From: Gammaproteobacteria bacterium | GTDB taxonomy: Bacteria; Pseudomonadota; Gammaproteobacteria; GCA-001735895 | DNA: 64,000 nucleotides | Assembly: GCA_022340305.1 (NCBI GenBank) | Contig: JAJDOF010000069.1 | Coordinates: forward strand, 26,277 to 90,276 | Reading direction: 5' to 3' | Shown: positions 18,909-29,474 of the stretch, piece after piece | How positions within the stretch are numbered: position 1 is the stretch's first letter | Layout: each line of letters opens with the position of its first letter | Made by a program: the position numbers and the translations under genes | The notes under the pieces: generated by a model | Seen by the model: the letters and a program-made list of their open reading frames with translations, nothing else | Database searches by the model: none | What the model was told of the DNA's origin: nothing

Positions 18909-20246
18909 GTGCTGCAACAAATCAACCAGTACATCTGGAATTACAACACGAGCGATAACAGCGCACCGCGCTCGCCGTGGCGGAAATTTCTGCAAATTGT
19001 GGTGATGGTCGGGCGTGACTTGATGGCGGGCATGATTACCTTGCACGCGATGAGCCTGGTGTACACCACGCTGCTGTCGATGGTGCCTTTGCTGGCAGTC
19101 AGTATTTCGGTGCTGAAGGGATTCGGCGTGCACGGTCAACTGGAGCCGGCGCTGGTCAACCTGCTGGCTCCGCTCGGCGAGCAAAGCGCCGAGATCAGCG
19201 CTCGCATTATCGGCTTCGTCGAAAACATGCAGATCGGCGTGCTCGGAGCGCTTGGCCTGGCAATGCTGATTTATACCGCGATTTCACTGATACAGAAGAT
19301 CGAAGCGGCGTTCAATCATACCTGGCGCCTGCAGTCGAGTCGCAGCCTGATGCAGCGCTTCAGCGATTATCTCAGTGTCATCATGGTGGGCCCGGTGCTG
19401 GTCTTTTCCGCGGTCGGCATCACCGCGTCACTGGGCAATCATCACCTGGTCGAGATGCTGCACAACCTGCCGTTCATGAGCGATCTGCTGTACCTGTTTA
19501 GCAAGGTGTTACCCTTTCTGCTGGTGATTGCCGCATTCACCTTTATTTACATGCTGGTGCCGAATACCCGGGTGCGAATTCGTTCCGCACTTTACGGTGC
19601 AGTCATCGCCGGCGTGCTATGGCAGACCTCGGGCATATTGTTTACTTCTTTCATCGGTGGCTCGGGCAAGTATACGGCGATTTACTCCGGATTTGCAGTT
19701 CTGCTGGTTTTCATGATCTGGCTGTACCTGAGTTGGGTTATCCTGCTGATCGGGGCGAGCATTTCGTTCTATCACCAGAATCCCGACCAGCTTAAATGGA
19801 AACGCAGTAATTCGCATTTGAGCGCGCGCCTGCGCGATCAACTGGCGCTCCAGGTGATGGTAAATATTGCGCGTGCGTTTGATCGTCAATCCGAACTGGT
19901 GCCGAATCTGAAGAATCTCGCTGCCTACCAGCAAGTGCCGGCGCCGGTGCTGGCGCGCATGCTGGAGGCGTTGCAACAAGATGGCCTGGTGACACAGTCA
20001 GCGGAGAATCCGCCCAGCTACCTGCCGGGTACCGCGTTGCAGCGCATCCGCCTGGTCGATATTCTACGCAGCGCGCGTAATGCCGAGGACGACGGTCAAA
20101 GTGAGAACCTGCGCAGCGATGCCGGGGTATCGCGATTTTTACAGTCACTCGAGCAGCAGCTCGAAGCGCAGCTCGGCGACGAAACTATCGCCGGGTTTCT
20201 GCAAACCATAGAGGAAGATCAGGTGCATGAAGATAGTCTCGTTTAA
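18909..20246 (+). CDS. YihY/BrkB-family inner-membrane protein with a C-terminal cytoplasmic extension
   Basis: GTG start. The TM-rich core resembles E. coli YihY (…LVYTTLLSMVPLLAV…). About 150 aa of soluble C-terminal domain follows. Confidence 0.75.
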   Translation: MLQQINQYIWNYNTSDNSAPRSPWRKFLQIVVMVGRDLMAGMITLHAMSLVYTTLLSMVPLLAVSISVLKGFGVHGQLEPALVNLLAPLGEQSAEISARIIGFVENMQIGVLGALGLAMLIYTAISLIQKIEAAFNHTWRLQSSRSLMQRFSDYLSVIMVGPVLVFSAVGITASLGNHHLVEMLHNLPFMSDLLYLFSKVLPFLLVIAAFTFIYMLVPNTRVRIRSALYGAVIAGVLWQTSGILFTSFIGGSGKYTAIYSGFAVLLVFMIWLYLSWVILLIGASISFYHQNPDQLKWKRSNSHLSARLRDQLALQVMVNIARAFDRQSELVPNLKNLAAYQQVPAPVLARMLEALQQDGLVTQSAENPPSYLPGTALQRIRLVDILRSARNAEDDGQSENLRSDAGVSRFLQSLEQQLEAQLGDETIAGFLQTIEEDQVHEDSLV

Positions 20247-21051
20247 CGTCAATAGCCTGCGCCAGCGGTTGCATCAGTTGCAGTCGGTGATCGATAAACA
20301 TGCACCGGAATTTATCGGCCTGCAGGAAACCAAGGTGCAGGATCACGAGTTCCCACGTGATGCGATCGAGGCGATGGGCTACCAGGTGGTCTTTGCGGGG
20401 CAAAAGACACACTACGGTGTGGCGCTGTTATCGCGTACACCCTGCTGCGATCCTCTATACGGATTTCCGAATGATGATGAGGACGCACAGAAACGTTTTA
20501 TCGGTGGCAGCTTCGCTGTGGACGGAGAAAAACTGGTGGTCTTCAATGGTTATTTTCCGCAGGGCGAAAGTCGTGACCATGCCGTCAAGTTTCCGGCGAA
20601 ACAGCGATTTTATGCCGATTTGATCCGTTTTCTCAGTACTTTCGACATGCGCAGTGCGAAGCTAGTGGTGATGGGGGACTACAATATTGCGCCCGAGGAT
20701 CGCGACATCGGGATAGGCGAGGATAACGCTAAACGATGGTTGAAAACCGGGAAGACCAGCTTTCTGCCCGAAGAACGCGAATGGTTTCAGCAACTATCTG
20801 CCCTCGGTCTATATGATGGATTTCGCCTCTGTCATGCCGATGCAGATAGCTGTTTCAGCTGGTTTGATTATCGCAGCCGTGGTTTCGAGGCGGAACCGAA
20901 GAGAGGATTGCGCATCGATCACCTGCTGGTTTCGGAACTCCTCAGGCCAGCAGTGGTCGATGCGGGAGTAGATTACGATATCCGGGGTATGGAAAAACCG
21001 TCCGATCATGCGCCGGTGTGGATAGAACTCGATCTGGGTCGCAACGCCTGA
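20227..21051 (+). CDS. xthA: Exodeoxyribonuclease III
   Basis: MKIVSFNVNSLRQR…GLQETK… DHAPVW. EEP-family nuclease of 274 aa. Confidence 0.9.
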   Translation: MKIVSFNVNSLRQRLHQLQSVIDKHAPEFIGLQETKVQDHEFPRDAIEAMGYQVVFAGQKTHYGVALLSRTPCCDPLYGFPNDDEDAQKRFIGGSFAVDGEKLVVFNGYFPQGESRDHAVKFPAKQRFYADLIRFLSTFDMRSAKLVVMGDYNIAPEDRDIGIGEDNAKRWLKTGKTSFLPEEREWFQQLSALGLYDGFRLCHADADSCFSWFDYRSRGFEAEPKRGLRIDHLLVSELLRPAVVDAGVDYDIRGMEKPSDHAPVWIELDLGRNA

Positions 21052-21084
21052 CGGCGTGCTCCTGGTGAAACTGAGGAAATAATT

Positions 21085-21708
21085 ATGTTTGGCAGACCCA
21101 GCGAAATCCCATCCCCGCAGCAGGCTTTACCGGGGCGTAGTGAAAGCATGCAGTTCGATCCGGTGAACAGGGTACTTGGAACCTCGATGGTTGCGCCGTT
21201 TCCGGATGACTGCGAACAGGTGGTGTTTGGCCTCGGTTGTTTCTGGGGGGCAGAACGCAAGTTCTGGAACCTGGCCGGGGTTCATACCACTGCGGTAGGC
21301 TACGCGGCCGGGCATACGCGAAATCCTTCCTACCAGGAGGTCTGTAGTGGAATGACGGGTCACAATGAAGTGGTACTGGTTGTATTTCGTCCCGCCGAGC
21401 TTGGCTTTGACGCCCTGCTTTCGATATTTTGGGAATCCCATAACCCGACCCAGGGCATGCGCCAGGGTAACGACCAGGGTACCCAGTACCGTTCCGGAAT
21501 TTACTATAGTGACGACAGTCAACGCGAGGTTGCGCAGGCTAGCTGCGAACAGTATCAGCTTAAACTGACGGCGGCAGGATATGCACAGATAACTACAGAG
21601 ATATTACCGGCGGGACCGTTCTATTATGCCGAGGAATACCACCAGCAATACCTCGATAAAAATCCGGCGGGTTATTGCGGACTCGGGGGTACTGGTGTGA
21701 ACTGTTAG
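21085..21708 (+). CDS. msrA: Peptide-methionine (S)-S-oxide reductase MsrA
   Basis: GLGCFWGAE active-site motif. The N-terminus ALPGRSE… aligns with E. coli MsrA ALPGRNT…. Confidence 0.9.
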   Translation: MFGRPSEIPSPQQALPGRSESMQFDPVNRVLGTSMVAPFPDDCEQVVFGLGCFWGAERKFWNLAGVHTTAVGYAAGHTRNPSYQEVCSGMTGHNEVVLVVFRPAELGFDALLSIFWESHNPTQGMRQGNDQGTQYRSGIYYSDDSQREVAQASCEQYQLKLTAAGYAQITTEILPAGPFYYAEEYHQQYLDKNPAGYCGLGGTGVNC

Positions 21709-21803
21709 GCGTTTTCTTAAAATTATCGCTTAAGGATGTAATTATTATACTAGTATAAAGCCTTGAAGGACTGTTGGAATAAGGGCTAACCGGGTTTGTT
21801 GCG

Positions 21804-22268
21804 ATGATGATTACAGGACTTTTCCCTACTCAACGGGCTGGGAGCCTGGCGGTATTTGCTACTCTGGCGGTGCTGCAATCTGCGCTATTTGCCGCCGAAA
21901 AAACATCCTCCCAGGAACTTGCTGCCACGCCAGCGATGGCGATCACAATTGATTCGGAAAACTTGATCGAACTCTACCGGTCGGTTCCTGGATTGCGCAT
22001 TATCGATTCACGACTGCGCGAGGATCATGTGCTTGGTTATATAGAAAAATCGTACAGTCTGCCGACCGGTGAAACCAACTGCGAATCTCTGTCAAGCCTC
22101 GCCAGCGATAAAGATCAGGCACTGGTGTTCTACTGTAACGGGAATGGTATCGATGTCAGCACCAGGGCGGTACAAATTGCGTCGAGCTGCGGCTACAGGC
22201 GCTTGTTCTGGCTGAGTGGTGGCTTCATCGAGTGGCAGGATAAAGATTATCCTTTCGTGATCGAATAG
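21804..22268 (+). CDS. Secreted rhodanese-like domain protein
   Basis: Signal-peptide-like N-terminus. Rhodanese fold with an FYCNGNG Cys loop. Confidence 0.6.
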   Translation: MMITGLFPTQRAGSLAVFATLAVLQSALFAAEKTSSQELAATPAMAITIDSENLIELYRSVPGLRIIDSRLREDHVLGYIEKSYSLPTGETNCESLSSLASDKDQALVFYCNGNGIDVSTRAVQIASSCGYRRLFWLSGGFIEWQDKDYPFVIE

Positions 22269-22271
22269 CCC

Positions 22272-25001
22272 GTGCTGTCGCGCCTTTACAGCTTCAAGAT
22301 CATCATCGGCGCTGCGCTGCTGTGGCTGGGTATGCTGGCCTACGGACTCGCAATCTACAGCACCCAGGTCTATCGTGATCACGCCATCCAGGTTCAGCTC
22401 GAAACCTTGCAGGTCCAGCTTGAACAGGAAAGCAATGAAGCCATTCAGGAGCTCTATGACAGGGTGAAGCTGTTTGCGCTGAGGCTACAGACGGAGACCC
22501 CTTTCGCGCAGGCTCTCGCCAGTCGCGACCAGGCCGCGATGGAAGCCTGGCTTGCGAAGAGCTATACGCGCTACCAGATGTCGCGAGAGCTTTTCAAGCT
22601 GGAGGCGATCGTCGTACGCGATTTGGCAGGTGATATATTTGCACAAAGCTCGGCCGATGGTATCAACAGCTATGCTGGCTGCGCCGTAGTGCTGGATTCC
22701 CTGGGTGGAACGCTGATTCGATTGCTAAAGCCGAGATATGCCCTGTGCACCTTTGATAATCGTCTGTTTGCCGAAGTACTGGTCCCGGTGGGGACCCTCG
22801 AACCTCGGGCTTATCTGCATATTATCGCTGATGCTGGTGACGGGATCAGGCGTATTGAGTCAAAAATCGGCATGCCGGTTCGGGTGGCGCACGGCTCAGG
22901 CGAAATCCTCTATCGATCAGAGCATTGGGGTGATGCCGATAATGAGTCTTATTTGTATCCGAGCTTCAAGCTCTACGGTGACGATGCCTTCATCGGTGCT
23001 ATCGTCTCCGCCGCCTTCGACCAACGACCACTCATTGAGCGGCTGCAGCGGACCAAAACCGGATTCCTGATGATCACCACCCTGGCGACGATTATCGCTC
23101 TGGTGCTGGTATTGTCCATGTTGCATCGCGCCCTTCAGCCGATGAATAAACTACGCAATTCGGTGGGCGCACTTCTGACCGGGAAATATGCTCCGATCAG
23201 TGAAGATAAACTCCCCAGTGAATTGCGCGACCTGGTGATAGCCTACAACCAGATGGTCGAAGGCCTGGAAATCGAGACCATCAGTCGACACAACATCGAG
23301 GAGCGTTTGCGCGCGGAAAAGGATTTCATTTCGACCACGCTGGATTCGATCAGCAACCCGGTTATCGTCATCGATTCAATGGACCGCATCAAGCTCGTCA
23401 ACCCGGGAGGCGAAATATTGTTTGGCGACAAGCAGGAAGCGCTACTCGGCTCCTCCATTCATGAATTTTTAATTCTCTACTCGAATCGCCAGGCTACGCG
23501 CATCGTCGATATCAAGCAGCTTCTCACGCACAAACTGTCGATGTCCTCGATGTATTTTTATGATGCCAATCATAAGCTTATCGAACTCGAATTTTCGGCT
23601 TCGCCGATGATCGATGTAGTGGCCGAGGACATCGGCTTTGTCATTATCCTGAAAGATGTGTCCGAAGATCGCAAGCTGCGTCGCAAACTGAGCTACGAGG
23701 GTAGTCACGATCAACTCACCGGATTCCTGAATCGTGCCGCGTTTGAGCAGAAGTTCGACAATCTGGTGACTGAGGATAATGGAGCGCTGCCGCAGCACGT
23801 GTTGGCCTACCTTGATATCGATCAGTTTCGCACTGTTAACGAAACCTGTGGCAGCGCTGCCGGCGATCTGCTGCTGAAGCAGATCAGTTCGATCATCAAG
23901 AAACAGATGCGCCAGGCGGACGTGTTATCGCGCCTGAGCGGTGACGAGTTTGGCTTCATCATGCCTTTCTTCGAGATGGACCGAGCCCTGCAGACCATAC
24001 AGAAAATTATCATCGAGATTCAGCATTCGACTTTTGTGTGGAATGCCCAGGAATATCGAGTGACTGTCAGCATCGGTGTGATGGCCTTCGGGCGCATGAG
24101 TGATGAATATGCCGACCACTATTCCAAGGTGACTACGGCCTGTTTCCTGGCCAAGCAAAATGGTGGTAATCAATACCACTATATTGATGAGAACGACGAA
24201 AAAGTCCTGGCCCAGCAAGTGTCCATGGAGTGGGTGTCCGGTATTATGGAAGGTTTTACCAATGATCGATTTTGCCTCTACGTACAACCCATCGTAGGTA
24301 TCGACCATGCCGACAAGCATGACCATTACGAAGTGCTGATCCGCTATCGCGATCAAGATGGTAACATCATCGCGCCTGGTCAATTTCTACCCTCCGCTGA
24401 GCGCTACAACCTGATCGAGCGAATCGACTGCTGGGTCGTCAGCACGATCATTGAATGGTTTCAGAAAAATCCCACGATGGACCAGAAGGTCATGTTCTCG
24501 ATCAATCTTTCGGGGCGCAGCATCAGTTCGCAAACCTTCCATAGCTTTTTGCGCGAGACGCTCATCGCCAGCAATGTCGACATGCGCGCGCTGTGTTTTG
24601 AAATTACTGAAACCGCGGTTGTCGATAATGTCGAACGTTCGGTCGAGTTCATCAATTCGATCAAGCAACTGGGCGTGCGCTTTTCGCTCGATGATTTTGG
24701 CACCGGACTCTCTTCATTCAGTTATCTCAAGCAGTTTCCGGTCGATTATCTGAAGATCGATGGCGAGTTTGTGCGCGACATTACCAAAGACGACAAGAGC
24801 TTTGTCTTCGTGCGCTCGATGACTGAAGTCGGGCATTGCCTGGACATGGAGGTGATCGCCGAGTTCGTCGAATCAGATACCATGTTCGACAAGTTGCGCG
24901 AGGCCAACGTGGATTTCGCACAGGGTTATACGGTTGGCAGACCGGTACCGATCGATACGCTGCTTGAGGTTGACCGGGCAAAACACAAGCAGACTGGCTA
25001 G
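22272..25001 (+). CDS. Membrane sensor diguanylate cyclase/phosphodiesterase (periplasmic sensor-HAMP-PAS-GGDEF-EAL)
   Basis: Two TM helices flank a periplasmic domain of about 250 aa. A PAS domain is followed by GGDEF as RLSGDEFG, an SGDEF variant with no RxxD I-site. An EAL domain follows (EVLIRY…, DDFGTG). Confidence 0.85.
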   Translation: MLSRLYSFKIIIGAALLWLGMLAYGLAIYSTQVYRDHAIQVQLETLQVQLEQESNEAIQELYDRVKLFALRLQTETPFAQALASRDQAAMEAWLAKSYTRYQMSRELFKLEAIVVRDLAGDIFAQSSADGINSYAGCAVVLDSLGGTLIRLLKPRYALCTFDNRLFAEVLVPVGTLEPRAYLHIIADAGDGIRRIESKIGMPVRVAHGSGEILYRSEHWGDADNESYLYPSFKLYGDDAFIGAIVSAAFDQRPLIERLQRTKTGFLMITTLATIIALVLVLSMLHRALQPMNKLRNSVGALLTGKYAPISEDKLPSELRDLVIAYNQMVEGLEIETISRHNIEERLRAEKDFISTTLDSISNPVIVIDSMDRIKLVNPGGEILFGDKQEALLGSSIHEFLILYSNRQATRIVDIKQLLTHKLSMSSMYFYDANHKLIELEFSASPMIDVVAEDIGFVIILKDVSEDRKLRRKLSYEGSHDQLTGFLNRAAFEQKFDNLVTEDNGALPQHVLAYLDIDQFRTVNETCGSAAGDLLLKQISSIIKKQMRQADVLSRLSGDEFGFIMPFFEMDRALQTIQKIIIEIQHSTFVWNAQEYRVTVSIGVMAFGRMSDEYADHYSKVTTACFLAKQNGGNQYHYIDENDEKVLAQQVSMEWVSGIMEGFTNDRFCLYVQPIVGIDHADKHDHYEVLIRYRDQDGNIIAPGQFLPSAERYNLIERIDCWVVSTIIEWFQKNPTMDQKVMFSINLSGRSISSQTFHSFLRETLIASNVDMRALCFEITETAVVDNVERSVEFINSIKQLGVRFSLDDFGTGLSSFSYLKQFPVDYLKIDGEFVRDITKDDKSFVFVRSMTEVGHCLDMEVIAEFVESDTMFDKLREANVDFAQGYTVGRPVPIDTLLEVDRAKHKQTG

Positions 25002-26002
25002 CTGTGCTCGCTCAGGCCTCGCTTCAATTCCCGGAAGCTGGGCACTTCGGCCTCTTCGATTAGGCTCTCACGACTCTGAGCCGTTTTCGATTCGGTGACC
25101 TTGCGTATGGTCTCCTGATCGAGGTAGGGCGCCATCATGTGCAGGAATTCGAACTGATAGGCTGACAGGTGTCGTGAATGGCGAAAGCCAATCTTGATGA
25201 CGCTGTTTGGAAACAGGTGGCTGGCATCGATATAACTGAGATCGGTATCCTCGTCCCGGCAGGCCATCTCGGCGATTATGCCGACGCCCATACCGAGGCG
25301 AACATAGGTTTTAATCACATCGGAATCGGTCGCGGTAAAAGCGACCTTCGGCTGCAGGTGGGCCTGCAGGAAAGCCTTGTCGAGTTGTGAGCGACCCGTC
25401 AATCCCAGCATGTAGGTCAGGATGGGGTACTCGGTCAGCAGCGGCAAGGTCACTTCCCCGGCGCGGGTCAGTTCGTGGTCATTCGGCACCACGATAAAGC
25501 GATTCCAGTGGTAGGCTGGAATGGTCACCAGTTCGCCGCGTTCGTCGATAACTTCCGAGGCGATCACAAAATCGACCTGGTTGTTGGCGGCCAACTTGCA
25601 CATCGACTTGGGATTTCCCTGGTGCACACGTAATTCGATATGTGGATAGCGCTGTGAAAAACGTTGCAGGATCGACGGTAGAATGAACTGTGCCTGGGTA
25701 TGTGTCGTGGCGATAGTCAGGCTGCCACGATGGTGATTGCTGAAATCGCGCGCCGCCTGTTTGATGTTTTTGACGTTATTGAGCAAATCGGTTACATGCT
25801 CGAGGATGGCATTTCCAGCCGGCGATATCGCGGTCAGTTTTTTACCCGAGCGTTCGAAAATCTGGATGTCGAGCTCGTCTTCCAGTAACTTTATCTGGTG
25901 ACTGATTCCCGGTTGCGAGGTATAGAGCTCTTCAGCCGCCGCAGAAACGTTCAGGTTATTGCGCACGACCGCATCGAGAAAGCGTAGTTGTTGAAGTTTC
26001 AC
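24998..26002 (-). CDS. cysB: LysR-family regulator, CysB/Cbl-like
   Basis: MKLQQLRFLDAVVRNNLNVSAAAEELYTSQPGISHQIKLLEDELDIQIFERSGKKL is near-identical in pattern to the CysB N-terminus. 334 aa. Confidence 0.8.
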   Translation of the reverse strand: MKLQQLRFLDAVVRNNLNVSAAAEELYTSQPGISHQIKLLEDELDIQIFERSGKKLTAISPAGNAILEHVTDLLNNVKNIKQAARDFSNHHRGSLTIATTHTQAQFILPSILQRFSQRYPHIELRVHQGNPKSMCKLAANNQVDFVIASEVIDERGELVTIPAYHWNRFIVVPNDHELTRAGEVTLPLLTEYPILTYMLGLTGRSQLDKAFLQAHLQPKVAFTATDSDVIKTYVRLGMGVGIIAEMACRDEDTDLSYIDASHLFPNSVIKIGFRHSRHLSAYQFEFLHMMAPYLDQETIRKVTESKTAQSRESLIEEAEVPSFRELKRGLSEHS

Positions 26003-26090
26003 TGGTCCGGTTGCTACCGAAGGTAAGCCGAGAGTTTACAATGAAAACATCGTATGGCAACCAGTTTCAATCCAGTTAAACACAGATGGG

Positions 26091-26804
26091 TTATGACTTG
26101 GGTTTGAATTCAATCGATTTTACCCGCGGCGACAGATTGATCTCGTCGATGACGATATCGGGGCTCGATTGCAGTACCTGAAACACCAACTCGGCAATAT
26201 CGTCGGTGGAGATCGCGTTTTCGGGCGCGGCGCCCGGGGCGAATGTCTGCCCGTCGAAAAACGGGCTACGCACCATGCCCGGGTTTACCAGGCTGACCTG
26301 AATGCCATCGCTGGCACAATCCTCGCGCAGCGCAAGACAGAAGCCGCGCAGGCCAAACTTGGCAGCACAGTAGAGGGCACCCTTCCTGCCCGCCTGTAAT
26401 GCGGATTCGGAACCAATGACAACGATGCGGCCCTGTCTGTGACGGCGCATATGCGGCAACAGGCTACGGCAGATCACCATGGCGCAGAGCAGATTGACGC
26501 GAATAGCCGCCTCGATTTGCGCCACCGAAAATTGTTCTATCGAGCCGAAGTTTCCCTGCCCAGCGGCGTGGATAAAGCAGTCGAATCGCGTTTGTTTGAG
26601 GATGCTGCCGAGGCGCTTCTCAAGTTCGCCGAGATCATCCAGATCGATGATCTGCGCGTGGAAATTATCGTGTTGCAAGGCGTCGACCTGGCCACGTCGG
26701 CTGATGCCGGTAACCGCATAGCCCTGCTCCAGCAAGCGACGTGAAATGGCCAGCCCGATGCCGGAACTGGCACCGGTCACCAGGGCATGCCTGCATTCAT
26801 CCAT
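26091..26804 (-). CDS. Short-chain dehydrogenase/reductase (SDR)
   Basis: TGASSGIGLA Rossmann motif, 237 aa. Last gene of a four-gene overlapping operon. Confidence 0.8.
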   Translation of the reverse strand: MDECRHALVTGASSGIGLAISRRLLEQGYAVTGISRRGQVDALQHDNFHAQIIDLDDLGELEKRLGSILKQTRFDCFIHAAGQGNFGSIEQFSVAQIEAAIRVNLLCAMVICRSLLPHMRRHRQGRIVVIGSESALQAGRKGALYCAAKFGLRGFCLALREDCASDGIQVSLVNPGMVRSPFFDGQTFAPGAAPENAISTDDIAELVFQVLQSSPDIVIDEINLSPRVKSIEFKPKS

Positions 26805-27797
26805 GCCAGTTACAGGGGTGATAGCAATGCCTGGGGACGTGTTGCAACACCGCGGTTTCGCAGAATTCGATCATTTCGCGCTCACGTTCGACTGGATAGC
26901 TGACGATACCATTATCCAGCTCCATGGGTTGCGCAAACAGGGGTTCGTCCGGATATAGTCGCGAAACCTTGCGAAAATGATCACGCGTCAGGCGAAAGCT
27001 ACCCAGGCTGACCGAGTGCATGGCTGTGGCATCGAGCTCGGCAAAAATCTGTTCCAGCAACGCCTTGAACTCTACCTGGTAATTCACGTGATAAACGATC
27101 GGGTCGAGGCGCAGTCCGACCTTCCAGCCAGCCTCCATGAGTCGGCGCATGGCGTCGATGCGTTTGGCTATCGACGGCACGCCGTTTTCCAGTTGGGCAT
27201 GGCTCACAGGATCGCTGAAACTGAAAGCAGTGACCACTCGATCCTGTGGTTTCAGTTTCAACATGCCGCGCACCTGGGTACTCTTGGTGCGCAATTCCAT
27301 CCAGGCATTATCGATGCTGGCCACCAGGGGGATGAAAAACTCGGTAAACCGGGTCATCGGATCGTTGGCGAGACTGTCGCAATCGTAGCCCGAGTAAAAC
27401 CATACCGGTTGTTGCGGATGACTGGCGGCAACCCGCCGCATCTCGTCACCGAAATCCTCGAAATTGACAAACAGCAGTTGGTGGGCCGACTGGTACATGC
27501 CCTGCAGAAAACAGTAGCGGCAATCGTACAGGCAATTGAGCATGTGTGAGAAATAGTAGTTGTGATCTCCACCGAGGCCATAACCCTCTGGGGCCGCCAG
27601 CATATGGCCCTTATTCTTGTGCGCGATAATGATCGCGGGATTCTTTTTCTGCAGGCGAAAATTTTGTGATCGCGGGTTGAACACTTCGCCGTAGTGCTCG
27701 ATTTCAATCACCGGTAACTTGTTCAATCTTTGCAGTAACTGCCGCGTACGCGGATGTTGGCGTATCGACGATTCGACATAGACCCGGCTTGTCATGG
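26797..27797 (-). CDS. Radical-SAM enzyme of the spore-photoproduct-lyase (SPL) / 'DNA repair photolyase' family
   Basis: CLYDCRYC matches the CxxxCxxC radical-SAM motif. Start moved to ATG 27797 (MTSRVYVES…). The track's 27924 start would overlap the upstream gene by 132 nt. Confidence 0.65.
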
Positions 27798-28604
27798 TCG
27801 AAGTCCTTCGCTGTCCCGGTAGCTCAGTTGCTCCAGGTGTTTGATTATTGCGCGTGGCGAATGCTCTTCGAATTGTTGCATCAGGGTTACGGCGTCGAAA
27901 TCGCGATTCATCAGGTAACGCCACAATACTCGCAGTCGGTTTTGCTGGGTTTGACTGAAATGCGCCATGGACGTCAGTTGTTGCCAGTATTCGAGCCCTG
28001 GTGAGCGCGCCGCGACTTCGTCGTTCAAAGCCATCAGGGAGCTTGCCTGACGTTCGATACTGTCGATGTGCTGGTGTACCAGGTCACTGACGCGTTGCCG
28101 GTCCCTGCCGATTTTTTCGCGCTGGTTGTCGCTTACAATTTTCAGCGACTTGACTAGCTCGGCACTGCTGAAGCGCAGGGTGGCGTACATGAAACCACTG
28201 GCTTCCATATCGAACAGGTATTCCTCGCTGTAGTCATCGCTGGGAAGGCTTAGTGTCATGCAGGCGCTGCCATCCAGTTCAACTGCGCTTGCCGGTGCCG
28301 GGTAGTAGCGATGCCCATCGTCGGCATCGATCACCTGGTGAAGTGAAAATATGCTGCCGATATCATGCTGCGCTGCGCCTGCTATACCCAGGTTGATCCA
28401 GGCGATCGATGCCTCGTCGCCGTAGCGTGCCGCTATCCAGGCACAGGCTGCGCTACTGGCGATCTTGCCGGTACCGCTGATGATACAGGCCATACCGTTG
28501 CCACGATAATGGTCGAAGGCGGTGTCATCATGTGATTTCTTGAGGCGATAAAAGTCGATAATCGGCTTGGCTTCGCAGTGCAGGGCGGATACCCAGATCA
28601 GCAT
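27792..28604 (-). CDS. PNP/UDP/MTA-nucleosidase-family (phosphorylase family 1) protein with a C-terminal extension of about 110 aa
   Basis: The N-terminal about 160 aa align with MTA/SAH nucleosidase Pfs (ISGTGKIASSAACAWIAARYG…INLGIAGAA). 270 aa. Confidence 0.6.
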   Translation of the reverse strand: MLIWVSALHCEAKPIIDFYRLKKSHDDTAFDHYRGNGMACIISGTGKIASSAACAWIAARYGDEASIAWINLGIAGAAQHDIGSIFSLHQVIDADDGHRYYPAPASAVELDGSACMTLSLPSDDYSEEYLFDMEASGFMYATLRFSSAELVKSLKIVSDNQREKIGRDRQRVSDLVHQHIDSIERQASSLMALNDEVAARSPGLEYWQQLTSMAHFSQTQQNRLRVLWRYLMNRDFDAVTLMQQFEEHSPRAIIKHLEQLSYRDSEGLRP

Positions 28605-29443
28605 GTGACCCGCCTGCTGTTATCCTGCCAGCGCCGGTACAGGGGTTCGAATTCGGCGATGAGCGAGTGATTCTGATGTTTGCGCGCACCCTTGATGAGT
28701 ATTTCGAGTTTACCCAGCAAGGTGCTGCGGGCGGCTGCAAAATGGTCTGCCTGCAGCGTCGTGGTGTCGAGCAGGCGATGCAAAGCACGTACGCGGAAAC
28801 GGTCCATCGCCGGGTATTGCCGAGACAACTGGTCCGCGTGTCCACCATACTTGGTGATCAGGGGGCGATCGATGTAATGCACGGGAAAGCGATGGCACAG
28901 GCGCAGCCACAGATCGTAGTCTTCGCAGGCGGGCAGGCTCTCGTCAAACAGGCCGAGACCCTGCAGGGCTGATTTCCTTATTACCGTGGCCGATGGTGAG
29001 ATCGCGCATAGCGGCAGGCATTGCACAAATATCCAGCCGCCGCTCTTACGATGTTTTTGCATCGGGTTGACCCGCACCCCGCGCCGGACCCAGATTTCGT
29101 CAGAGTGATAGAGGATGTATTCGGGATGCTCTGCAGCCGCTTCACGCACCGCCTGAATTTTGTCCGGCAGCCAGCAATCGTCTGAGTCAAGCAATGCGAT
29201 CCATTCGTGTTGAGCGGCCTCGATACCTTTATTGCGCGCGGCGCTGACCCCGCCATTGGGCTGATGAATCACCGAGACTTGAGGAAACTGGCGAGCCACC
29301 ATCGCGGCGCTGTCATCGGTGGAACCATCATCGACCAGGATGACTTCATCGACCGCCGAGCCCTGGGCGAACACTGACTGCAGCGCTCGCTGCAGGGTGT
29401 GCGCGCGATTGTAAGTCGGAATGACGACAGATATGCGCATCAT
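28598..29443 (-). CDS. Family-2 glycosyltransferase
   Basis: MMRISVVIPTYNRAHTLQRALQSVFAQ… DDGSTDDS… DSDD. GT-A fold with a DxD motif. Confidence 0.8.
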   Translation of the reverse strand: MMRISVVIPTYNRAHTLQRALQSVFAQGSAVDEVILVDDGSTDDSAAMVARQFPQVSVIHQPNGGVSAARNKGIEAAQHEWIALLDSDDCWLPDKIQAVREAAAEHPEYILYHSDEIWVRRGVRVNPMQKHRKSGGWIFVQCLPLCAISPSATVIRKSALQGLGLFDESLPACEDYDLWLRLCHRFPVHYIDRPLITKYGGHADQLSRQYPAMDRFRVRALHRLLDTTTLQADHFAAARSTLLGKLEILIKGARKHQNHSLIAEFEPLYRRWQDNSRRVTC

Positions 29444-29474
29444 AAACGGCCCTGGCGGCCCCGGGATTTATGCA

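Noticed and set aside
27798-27924. The track's longer start for the radical-SAM gene (MALPDESRFRRRNPDA…). Likewise 8173-8247 for the ureohydrolase.
   Set aside because: Both would overlap the upstream gene by 132 and 76 nt. In-frame ATGs placed exactly at the upstream stop give canonical coupled junctions, so the shorter models are preferred.
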